A DNA stretch of 64,000 nt, taken from sequence record OR413585.1; one strand, 5' to 3'. The notes under the pieces were generated by a model. It ran no database searches, was not told the origin of the DNA, and saw nothing but the letters and a program-made list of their open reading frames with translations. Position numbers and translations under genes: made by a program. Positions 19,203 to 27,385 of the stretch are shown here, piece by piece; position 1 is the stretch's first letter, and every line of letters starts with the position of its first letter.

Positions 19203-21380
19203 ATGTCCTACACTCCTGATTTAGTGGCGACCGTGATTCGGTCGCTCAACCGTAAAAACGCGGTCGCCAAAGCAGTAGACCCCGCTAACGTACGCCTGGT
19301 GTCCGTGGCGCATCGTGACGAAAAAACCCTAGACGTCACACTGACAGGGGGTCCGGGGTATTCGAATTACGGTCAAATTACGGCCCAGGTCACGAAGCAA
19401 AATATTGCTGATTATTTCGCTAAGGTTAAGTTGGATGCCATTCCCACTTGTGCATCCATTCACGAACTGTTGCCGCATTTAGACACTTTACTGGGGATTA
19501 CCTTTTTAACCGACGACTTTGAAGACCTGCCTATCACTTGGACAAACAATGCTGCGCGTATCACATTCCAGGCGAAACAGACAAGTCTTATCTGGTACGG
19601 CAGCCAAACGCTAGATGTGATAAACGGTGACGTGGATATCAACACTGTCTACACTGTTACCAATATCATTCTCACGCTAAAGGCTGCGAATAAACAGCAG
19701 TGGATTAACTTCTACTCTAATGCAACCAAACGGATCGTGGATCTTGATAAAGTCGATGTCAGCGCCCCGATGTCCCCGGAGGATATAGGCCAAACCTCTG
19801 CGTATAACAGCGTCGTAGCTTTGACCGCTAGACCGGGGAGCGGGATGTTTGGAACGAAGTATGTGTTCTTCTCACGCAACAAACTCGAGACATATGCAGG
19901 CAAAACCACATACGTCCCGGATGATTTCACCGGTAGCCTGCACGATGCTCTGGCCATCGAGACACTCGGCATTCGGAGCGTTTTTGATGTAAACGAAATT
20001 GCTCCTGTAGAGAACCTGGTAGGCGAGTGGCCGAGACAAGTGCAATTGACACCCGTAGAGGGTTCGTACAAAGTCATGGGCAGCGCCACGTTGAATGTGG
20101 CACGCTATCAAGATAACGAGCAAACCCTTAACCTGAACTACACAACTACGTCGCAACTTTCGGACAGCTACTGGGCCACAACGTTGACCAACCATGCGGC
20201 GTGCGGGCGTTTGTTTGTTAACGTGACCGTAGATGCGGGGGCTTTCGTTTATCGCGACAGCAACCTGAAACCGACGTTCGTTATCGACGAATTGCCGCAA
20301 ATTGGCGAGGTGGTTTGGAACTTCGTTAACCGGGGAACCATTCTTGGTCGTGGTGGTTCGGGTATGGTCTACTCTATGCCTGCGAACACATCAGCGGACG
20401 GAGCTGACGCAATCCACATTAGCGATACCTTCCGTGGCAAAGTCACCATCGAAAACTACGGCACCATCGCCGGAGGTGGGGGTGGGGGCGACTACTATGC
20501 GTTTAGCACCACCAAGATCGGTGGAGCTGGTGGTGCGCCTCTCGGGCCAGGCGCGGCGGTGCCCAGCGGCACCAATAACCGTAACGGCTTAGCTGGGTCC
20601 CGTGACAAAGGCGGTGCTACCCAGTTAGTCGTCGCACAATTTACCGGCTACCAGAGTCGCTACTATGGCGGTCCGGGTGGGGATTGGGGCCAGCCGGGAC
20701 GATATACGGCGTTCGAGCAATGGAACACCCCGGCTACCGGCTCGCCGGTCTATGTCTACGGTCGTGAAGACGGGATGTCATGGACTCGCCCTGGGATGGC
20801 AGGCGAAGCCGTCGGTGGGAATAAAAGTATCGTCAACTGGGTATCCGTCGGAACGGTGAAACCGAATGTCACCGACGAGTACCAAGAGTTCCTCGACTAC
20901 CTCGCAGATTTAGATGCCAACCGATTGGCCAGTGCGGATGGGATAGATAAAGTCACCGACCCAACCAAACCTGTAGTTGTGGAGTTCTTAGGTACTATTA
21001 TTTCAGGTACGCTGTTCAAAAAGCAAAACATACCCGGCGGTTTGGTGGGAACACCATACGGCGATGCTGTAGCCAATTTACCGGCCACCACATTGTTTGG
21101 TATCATGGCACACTGTGTATCGGAGTTTGATATTGTGCACGACACTTGGCGTTACAACCGTGCGGTAATGTTCACCCTAAAACCCGCGCCTACCGGGGCG
21201 ATTGGCCTCGCTGTGGAACGCAACCGGGTGAGATCGGCTACCAGTAGTACACCGGTGGAGAGGTTCTATGTCGATCGCTTCGTGTATTACGATGCGTATC
21301 TCGGTAAAATGATGGAATGTAATCCGTATACCAAATCTGCCCCTAAAACGTGGGTGCGGCCAACGATACCGTTATCGTAA
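19203..21380 (+). CDS. putative receptor-binding virion protein with a T-even gp38-like glycine-rich adhesin domain
   Basis: Two family A-like N-domains, then GTILGRGG..GTIAGGGGGG..GGAGGAPLG..GGPGGDWG..AGEAVGG..W motifs. Confidence 0.65.
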   Translation: MSYTPDLVATVIRSLNRKNAVAKAVDPANVRLVSVAHRDEKTLDVTLTGGPGYSNYGQITAQVTKQNIADYFAKVKLDAIPTCASIHELLPHLDTLLGITFLTDDFEDLPITWTNNAARITFQAKQTSLIWYGSQTLDVINGDVDINTVYTVTNIILTLKAANKQQWINFYSNATKRIVDLDKVDVSAPMSPEDIGQTSAYNSVVALTARPGSGMFGTKYVFFSRNKLETYAGKTTYVPDDFTGSLHDALAIETLGIRSVFDVNEIAPVENLVGEWPRQVQLTPVEGSYKVMGSATLNVARYQDNEQTLNLNYTTTSQLSDSYWATTLTNHAACGRLFVNVTVDAGAFVYRDSNLKPTFVIDELPQIGEVVWNFVNRGTILGRGGSGMVYSMPANTSADGADAIHISDTFRGKVTIENYGTIAGGGGGGDYYAFSTTKIGGAGGAPLGPGAAVPSGTNNRNGLAGSRDKGGATQLVVAQFTGYQSRYYGGPGGDWGQPGRYTAFEQWNTPATGSPVYVYGREDGMSWTRPGMAGEAVGGNKSIVNWVSVGTVKPNVTDEYQEFLDYLADLDANRLASADGIDKVTDPTKPVVVEFLGTIISGTLFKKQNIPGGLVGTPYGDAVANLPATTLFGIMAHCVSEFDIVHDTWRYNRAVMFTLKPAPTGAIGLAVERNRVRSATSSTPVERFYVDRFVYYDAYLGKMMECNPYTKSAPKTWVRPTIPLS

Positions 21381-21424
21381 TTTAACGAGGAACTTGACGG
21401 GTTTAAAGCCTGAAGATAATCCAT

Positions 21425-21458
21425 GCCCTCTTCCCCACGGGGAAGAGGCTTTCTTTTT
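21425..21458 (+). terminator. intrinsic terminator
   Basis: CCTCTTCCC-CACG-GGGAAGAGG plus T tract. Confidence 0.8.
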
Positions 21459-21485
21459 ATGACCCTATCAACTCAGGAGGTTATC

Positions 21486-22076
21486 GTGGTCGATCGTTGG
21501 AGTAAAGAGGGCATTATTCGTGCCAAAGTAAACATCGAAGCCGGTTACGTTAATAACCCGAAAGATTTGGGCAAAGCAACGAACCGCGGTGTCACCGAAC
21601 TCACTGCGCGCGAATATGGCTATAAAGGGGATATGCGTGACCTGAGCTTAGAAATCGCGTTAGACATTTACAACAAGCTCTGGTGGCAGCGGATGCGTTT
21701 AGACCAGATTATGAAAATGAATGTCCTGCTAGCTGACCGAATGTTTGATTTCGGCATTAACGCAGGACGCGGTAACTGTATCAAGTCCCTGCAACGTATT
21801 CTGAACGTATTAAACCGTCAGGGTAAACTATACGATGATATCGATGCCGATGGTGGTATCGGGCCACGTACGTTAACAGCGTTAGAAGGCTTCATCAAAG
21901 CCCGTGGGGAAGAGGGCCTGAATCGACTGATGTTCGCTTTAACCTGTCATCAGGTTGCGTATTACACGGAAATCAGTGAAGGGCGTGAGGATAACGAAGA
22001 GTTTACTTACGGCTGGTATGGCCGCGTCTATCAGGAAATGCCAGACTACGTGGCTAAGTTGGGGATGTGCAAATGA
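21486..22076 (+). CDS. glycoside hydrolase family 108 N-acetylmuramidase with C-terminal peptidoglycan-binding domain (endolysin-like)
   Basis: EAGYVNNPKDLGKATNRGVT catalytic motif; FDFGINAG; DGGIGPRT; GGAGG RBS before GTG 21486 (the track start at 21423 lies in the terminator). Confidence 0.85.
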   Translation: MVDRWSKEGIIRAKVNIEAGYVNNPKDLGKATNRGVTELTAREYGYKGDMRDLSLEIALDIYNKLWWQRMRLDQIMKMNVLLADRMFDFGINAGRGNCIKSLQRILNVLNRQGKLYDDIDADGGIGPRTLTALEGFIKARGEEGLNRLMFALTCHQVAYYTEISEGREDNEEFTYGWYGRVYQEMPDYVAKLGMCK

Positions 22077-22174
22077 AACAGAATTGGTTTGCTGCCTTAA
22101 TGAAAGCTATCTGGCGCGCCCTTGTTTTTGCCGCAAGGAGAAAACGTAATGACCCACCGTCCAACTCCGCCTAA
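22073..22174 (+). CDS. 33-aa amphipathic basic micro-ORF (MKQNWFAALMKAIWRALVFAARRKRNDPPSNSA)
   Basis: ATGA overlap with the endolysin stop; translated by hand. Confidence 0.4.
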   Translation: MKQNWFAALMKAIWRALVFAARRKRNDPPSNSA

Positions 22175-22301
22175 GTTCCCCGAAGTACAAACCGTTCCGG
22201 AAACGTATTACGATTCTGGGTTCTTCAAACTATTACGCGCGATCTTCTGTCGGAGGGTAAAGCCATGCAATACGACAACGACGACTGGCCGAAAGGCTTA
22301 A
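22149..22301 (+). CDS. 50-aa micro-ORF
   Basis: AGGAG RBS at 22136-22140; translated by hand. Confidence 0.45.
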   Translation: MTHRPTPPKFPEVQTVPETYYDSGFFKLLRAIFCRRVKPCNTTTTTGRKA

Positions 22302-22357
22302 TGCCCATTTTACTGGGATTAATGGTCCTCACGATGCTCGTGCGTTATATGACGTGA
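22265..22357 (+). CDS. 30-aa single-TM micro-ORF (MQYDNDDWPKGLMPILLGLMVLTMLVRYMT)
   Basis: GGAGG RBS; hydrophobic helix. Confidence 0.5.
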   Translation: MQYDNDDWPKGLMPILLGLMVLTMLVRYMT

Positions 22358-22364
22358 GGTCAGT

Positions 22365-23006
22365 ATGGAAGCACTTAAGTATACGTTGTTAGAGAAGCCG
22401 TGGTTTATCCTCACGGATGATTTCCATTTCGAGTTTACGTTGCGCAGCCTCTATCGTGAACAGACCGGAATGGATGCGATGGTAGCATTAGCAGGTGTGC
22501 ATCCGGATACCCCGTTATGGGTAACGGTACCGAGAGGATTTGTGACGGACCTGGCAAGCATTCCAGAAGCGTTACGTCCTATCCTGCATCCGGATGGGCC
22601 TTGGGCTGCTGCCGCTTGTGTGCATGATTTGTTTTACCAGAAACGTTCATCGGTAGGCTTTTACCCTGACACTGTCGAAGGTAATCTATCTCGTGCATGT
22701 GACAAAACATTCGCTGATCTGATGTTCTTACGTATCATGGAGGCATTAGGCGTTGACACCTTTATTCGTAAGTCCTTCTACCATGCCGTTCACGAGTTTG
22801 GTTGGCCGTCCTATGTAGACGATAACTCTAAGGTGGTTTATAGCCGGCCGGTAGAAAAGACGTTGTCCTATAATCGCAACTACCTGTTCTTTAGAACGTC
22901 GCGTACGTTAGCGATTCCTGAACACGAACGTGTTGACATTACTAATGGGCAACCGGTAAACGTGCAGTATTTGAATATCAAACGTGCGTTCCTGACTACC
23001 CCTTAA
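22365..23006 (+). CDS. DUF1353-family protein
   Basis: VTVPRGFVTDLASIP...AAACVHDLFY signature. Confidence 0.8.
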   Translation: MEALKYTLLEKPWFILTDDFHFEFTLRSLYREQTGMDAMVALAGVHPDTPLWVTVPRGFVTDLASIPEALRPILHPDGPWAAAACVHDLFYQKRSSVGFYPDTVEGNLSRACDKTFADLMFLRIMEALGVDTFIRKSFYHAVHEFGWPSYVDDNSKVVYSRPVEKTLSYNRNYLFFRTSRTLAIPEHERVDITNGQPVNVQYLNIKRAFLTTP

Positions 23007-23015
23007 GGAGAGAAA

Positions 23016-23531
23016 ATGTTTCATCCGAATCCTGCCAACTTCGCGTTAAAAGAGTTGATGCCGCAGGAGTACATCGCGAAATACGGTGAAGGTGCTATTC
23101 GTTTCCTTAATCCGTTACTGCTAATCTCGCTCCAACAGATTCGTAATCGTTTTGGGCGGATGGTGATTTTAACCAGTTCCCAGCAACAGCGTAGTCTGCG
23201 TACCCTGCAGTTCTTTATTAATCAAGAGAAACCAAAGGGTGGAGATTGGCAAACTCGTGCAAACAAACTGTACGCCGAATCAGGCAGTATGCATAAATTC
23301 GGTAATGCGTTTGATGCAACAATGCTTGATACTCCGTTGCAGAAAGTACACGACTATATTGCCGCGAACCCTAACGAGTTTCCGTTTATTCACTTTATCG
23401 AGTGCGATATTACCTGGCTGCATGTTGACGTACGCAACCAGCCTGATATCACCTTCTGGTCACCGACACGTGGTACCGTTAAAGTGGTTAAGCAACAACC
23501 CATCGATTGGAGCAAGCTAGTTAAAATCTAA
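23016..23531 (+). CDS. peptidase M15-like Zn peptidase (peptidoglycan-related)
   Basis: SMHKFGNAFD and WLHVD Zn-ligand motifs. Confidence 0.75.
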   Translation: MFHPNPANFALKELMPQEYIAKYGEGAIRFLNPLLLISLQQIRNRFGRMVILTSSQQQRSLRTLQFFINQEKPKGGDWQTRANKLYAESGSMHKFGNAFDATMLDTPLQKVHDYIAANPNEFPFIHFIECDITWLHVDVRNQPDITFWSPTRGTVKVVKQQPIDWSKLVKI

Positions 23532-23623
23532 GCCACTTTAATCAAAAGTAATATCATTTATCATTTGATACGTTTAATGCGCTTAGAGAGCGTTACAGAG
23601 CGTTTTAGAGGGTAAATAAAACC

Positions 23624-23654
23624 CTTACCCACTCCCCTTACGGGAGTGGGTAAG
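23624..23654. terminator. probable bidirectional terminator
   Basis: 13-bp stem CTTACCCACTCCC/GGGAGTGGGTAAG between convergent genes. Confidence 0.75.
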
Positions 23655-23656
23655 CA

Positions 23657-24148
23657 TTATTTATTTTCTTCTAACGGAACAATCGTAATCGGAGTAGGAA
23701 CTTCACCGATAAACCCGCTGCTGCAGCGAAAGAATGTCATCCCTTTACCTTCGCCGGTATACGGGTTCACATCCGAAAAAGAGTAAGTGGGGCTATCGTT
23801 TACGGTTTTATTAATACGGTAATAACGCTCACCTGTGGTGGTATTAACATTCCCGTCGATTTTGCCAATTGTATCTTTAAACATCATCGGTGACTCTAGT
23901 TTGCCACCGTCCCACGCTGCTACCCAGTTTGCACCCACATCCATTACTGTTACTGACCGCGGCATCATTTGTAGGTTGTCCAGTACCGGACGGTAGTCTA
24001 CAAACTTCTCCTGCGTCCCTATGCATGTATAAATCACCAAGTCGTGATTCTTTACTGGTGTGGCGCTAAATTGTCCTATGTTGCTTGGCGACTGAACACA
24101 ACCGGCCAACAGGTTTATAATCGCGAATACGATAAATAGACGTTTCAT
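23657..24148 (-). CDS. putative lipoprotein
   Basis: MKR + hydrophobic stretch + LAGC lipobox. Confidence 0.75.
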   Translation of the reverse strand: MKRLFIVFAIINLLAGCVQSPSNIGQFSATPVKNHDLVIYTCIGTQEKFVDYRPVLDNLQMMPRSVTVMDVGANWVAAWDGGKLESPMMFKDTIGKIDGNVNTTTGERYYRINKTVNDSPTYSFSDVNPYTGEGKGMTFFRCSSGFIGEVPTPITIVPLEENK

Positions 24149-24271
24149 AGAGTACCTTTCAGTGGTAAAAACTTTCTCGTTTAACAGCCAACTTTACTGT
24201 CATATTAAGCCCACTATGTTGTTTTTAGAACGATTTAGTATGCACCACAAACCTACTATAAGGAAACAACC

Positions 24272-24799
24272 ATGGCAGTCATCTCTGCAAAAGACCAACT
24301 CGTCGCGCTGTTTAATGCTGCAAACAGCGGACTGTCTAGTCCGTTAACTACTGCTGACGTTACATTCGGCGCTGTTGCTGACTATTCACCAGCAGATTCT
24401 GGAGACACTCGCAACTCCAAACTCACCATCACTGCCACCGCGGAATCCGCTAACTTTACGGGCGAGAAAGAGCTGCACTATACCCGCCTCGATTCATTGA
24501 ACATCATCGGTGCGAAAGCAGTTACCGCTGACCAGGCAGAATGGGATACCGATGAAGAAGTGCTTGCTTTTGTCAACGCAGATCTAATTGCCGCCGGTAA
24601 AACGGAAGATGCGTTTGCGTTGTCTGAACTCACCATTTCACGCGAAGACGGCGACAGTGGTGAGAAAATCATCACTGTTATGGTGAAAGAAGGCCACATT
24701 AAATACCAGCCTGCCAGCCTTGCAGTTTATACTGTAACGCAGCCAATCGTTAAAACTGACCTGAGCACCACCAACGGTGAACTGGACGGATTCGTTTAA
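24272..24799 (+). CDS. stand-alone family A N-domain virion protein with NGELDGF tail
   Basis: TRNSKLTITA..FTGEKELHYTRLD; ends TTNGELDGFV; AAGGA RBS. Confidence 0.75.
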   Translation: MAVISAKDQLVALFNAANSGLSSPLTTADVTFGAVADYSPADSGDTRNSKLTITATAESANFTGEKELHYTRLDSLNIIGAKAVTADQAEWDTDEEVLAFVNADLIAAGKTEDAFALSELTISREDGDSGEKIITVMVKEGHIKYQPASLAVYTVTQPIVKTDLSTTNGELDGFV

Positions 24800-24839
24800 C
24801 AAAACAACTTAGTAGTTTCTAAGAAATAAATAAAAGGTA

Positions 24840-24878
24840 CCTACCTCCCTTCGGGGAGGTAGGGCCTTTATTTTCTTT
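24840..24878. terminator. bidirectional terminator
   Basis: CCTACCTCCC-TTCG-GGGAGGTAGG flanked by A- and T-rich runs. Confidence 0.8.
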
Positions 24879-24880
24879 GC

Positions 24881-25552
24881 TTACATGCCGAGTGATTCGG
24901 ACAATGTTTTTAATCCAGTGTAATCGCGTTTTTCAGCTAACTCACGGATTTGGCGTTTGTTATCTGCCATTGCTGAGTGCAACACTTGGTCACGTGCAAC
25001 AATAGCGGCCAGCAACGCTTTACATTGGGCTACTGTAAACGGACTGTGCTTGGTATTCAGCGTATCGAGCCAGTATTCTGGTGCGGTATCTGCCTGAATG
25101 TATTGACCGAGGATGGTACGCGACGATTCATCGGCTTGAAAGTGACTACCTTCAAACTCGATATAACCATGGCGCTCATCTTCGTAGCGGTGGTCGAGTT
25201 CCAACAGCATCTTCTGCACGTCTTCGTAAATGTAACGTGCGGTAGATTTCAGATTCCCGCGAATTTCGTCGAGGTCAATCTCCAACACATTAGCAATAAA
25301 CTCTTTCGTGCGTTTCAATGTGAAGTTAGCTTCAATCTCCGACATCTCATACAGCTTCATGCGTGCCAGGGCTTCTTTATCAGACATCCCTTCGATGAGA
25401 TGGTAATGGAGTAATGCACAAAATCCGGTACGACCCTGATCCTGCGCACCGATTCGTTCCATGAAATTACCGTGACGATCAATCGGCAAATCACGCTGGA
25501 AATAACGGGCGCGGATCTCTTCGTTCGTTAAGCTTTTGTCAGTAACAGACAT
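24881..25552 (-). CDS. DUF4376-like (tail-fibre assembly-type) protein
   Basis: C-terminal GYIEFEGSHFQADESSR..WLDTLN..FTVAQCKALLAAI pattern. Confidence 0.6.
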   Translation of the reverse strand: MSVTDKSLTNEEIRARYFQRDLPIDRHGNFMERIGAQDQGRTGFCALLHYHLIEGMSDKEALARMKLYEMSEIEANFTLKRTKEFIANVLEIDLDEIRGNLKSTARYIYEDVQKMLLELDHRYEDERHGYIEFEGSHFQADESSRTILGQYIQADTAPEYWLDTLNTKHSPFTVAQCKALLAAIVARDQVLHSAMADNKRQIRELAEKRDYTGLKTLSESLGM

Positions 25553-26094
25553 TCGTCCTCCTCAATCAGGCCAAGTTCTAACAACAAACCGAAGTCCAGC
25601 ATCTGGAAGTCCTGATCGAGGTTACCGGCCCACAACACAGAAATGTTGTGTTGCTCTTCTTCTTCCAACTGCGGGAGCAGGTGTTCTTCGAAGATTTGAC
25701 GCTCTGTGTAATAAGCGTCAACCGGGTTATTGGAGCGTAAGTTACGAATACGCATCCGCGGGAATGACAAGCCCAATGCCACTAAACTTTCAGGACTGGC
25801 TTCATCGATAGAGTGACGTAGCAGTTCGATTTTGTGGCGTGGGTATGCAAGCAGTCGCTTCTCAAAGCCAGGGTTGCGCTTTTCGATTTCCGCGACAGAC
25901 TCGTGTCCTTTCTCAACGCAGTAGACCGGGATCATCACATTCAGCCCGTATTTAATCAACAGGCTTTGGATTTCATCAGTGAAGTCTTCCCCTGCCACAA
26001 TTGCGTGCACATTGTACAGCTTGCTTTTGCGCAGGAAGCGATCGACCAAGTGCAGCTTACGCTTCGTAAAATTGTGAATCAGTATTGACTTCAT
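25528..26094 (-). CDS. hypothetical protein in the rSAM cassette (start MKSIL)
   Basis: GGAG RBS upstream of ATG at 26094; overlaps both neighbours. Confidence 0.65.
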   Translation of the reverse strand: MKSILIHNFTKRKLHLVDRFLRKSKLYNVHAIVAGEDFTDEIQSLLIKYGLNVMIPVYCVEKGHESVAEIEKRNPGFEKRLLAYPRHKIELLRHSIDEASPESLVALGLSFPRMRIRNLRSNNPVDAYYTERQIFEEHLLPQLEEEEQHNISVLWAGNLDQDFQMLDFGLLLELGLIEEDECLLLTKA

Positions 26095-27385
26095 TCTGGG
26101 CTCCGTTTTGTAATTTTTCTGCTTCAGCACGTTGGCGTACACAACGTGAACAATAGCACATGGATTTATCGTGCAAATCTGATGCACGGGTCGTACCAGT
26201 TTTCTGATACCAATATTCCGCCGCCATCAACTTCGCAGTAGTCCAACCACACTGACGACGCTCGGCGTGATACGCTTTACGGTCTTCCAGTGTACCTTCA
26301 CCGTTTTCGTACGATGCTGCTGCGCAGCTACCGCAGCTGTGTTTCATCGGACACCCTAAACAGGTTTCTGGGTAGTTGGTGTACTGCGTTTGAATCTCTT
26401 CTAACAGCTTACCACCGTCCAGGCTCACAAACTCACGACCGACCAGTTCTGCTACAGCAGAGCGGGAAGTTACCGTGGACATGAAACGGTTACAACCGTA
26501 AATCTTGCGATCAAAGCCGAGACAGGTCATGTGCGTCAACGTACCGCAGTACGGTTTCAGGCGTTCTGGGTCGAGACGAACAGAGTCGTCATGTAAGAGT
26601 TTGTCACGCCAATCCGGGTCCCAAGTTGCCATAAAGTTCAGGCCATCCGGGATGATGTGCGTAATCGTGTTACGCGGGTTGGTGTGCAGACCCTTCTCAA
26701 TCCAGTAGTCCATCACGTCCATCATCTGGTTCGCGATATCCAACGCCATATGGCGCGGCAGGATATCTTCGTACGTTACGTTACCAGAGATGGTGCCACC
26801 GCCGGACATGTCAATTAACGATTTCATGCTGGCGGCATAGTGCGGCAATGTATCGATCGTAAACGTCGCCTTTACGCCCAGTTCAGCGATGCCAACACTC
26901 TTCAGATAATTGTAACCGCGTACCGCAGCTTCGTACGACCCTTCACGCGTCGTGGTAAAGATACGATATTTGTCATGGACTTCAGGTAAACCATCGATGG
27001 AGACCCCAATAGACAGTTTGTCTTTCCAGCGCTCGATAATTTCTTTGTTCAGCGGACGGTCCAGAAGCGTACCGTTCGTGGAGATACTGAACATATACGG
27101 GCGATTGTGTTCTGCGCATAACTTCTCTGCGGTTTCAAAGGCCGCCAAAAGAAGTTTAGGCTGCATGAACGGCTCACCACCGATGATATCGATGATGACT
27201 TCAACGTTCGGGATATCTTTATCACGCTCGAAACAAGCGTGGATAAAATCAATCACGTCTGCTACTTTGTTGTTACGCGGATATTTACGCTCGTAGCAGT
27301 ATTCGCAGTCCAGGTTACATGACAAGTTAGTCACAACCTGATACGTGCGTGGTGTGTACTGGATTTGCTGTTCGCTATTACTCAT
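26057..27385 (-). CDS. radical SAM/SPASM peptide maturase
   Basis: CNLDCEYC; IIGGEPF; ISTNGTLL; SIDG; SPASM cysteines YCG..C..GCNRF..CLGC..SCGSC..QC. Confidence 0.92.
   Translation of the reverse strand: MSNSEQQIQYTPRTYQVVTNLSCNLDCEYCYERKYPRNNKVADVIDFIHACFERDKDIPNVEVIIDIIGGEPFMQPKLLLAAFETAEKLCAEHNRPYMFSISTNGTLLDRPLNKEIIERWKDKLSIGVSIDGLPEVHDKYRIFTTTREGSYEAAVRGYNYLKSVGIAELGVKATFTIDTLPHYAASMKSLIDMSGGGTISGNVTYEDILPRHMALDIANQMMDVMDYWIEKGLHTNPRNTITHIIPDGLNFMATWDPDWRDKLLHDDSVRLDPERLKPYCGTLTHMTCLGFDRKIYGCNRFMSTVTSRSAVAELVGREFVSLDGGKLLEEIQTQYTNYPETCLGCPMKHSCGSCAAASYENGEGTLEDRKAYHAERRQCGWTTAKLMAAEYWYQKTGTTRASDLHDKSMCYCSRCVRQRAEAEKLQNGAQNEVNTDSQFYEA

Noticed and set aside
21423-21485. ORF-track N-terminal extension of the endolysin as a possible SAR or signal segment
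   Set aside because: It runs through the upstream terminator hairpin; a strong GGAGG supports GTG 21486.
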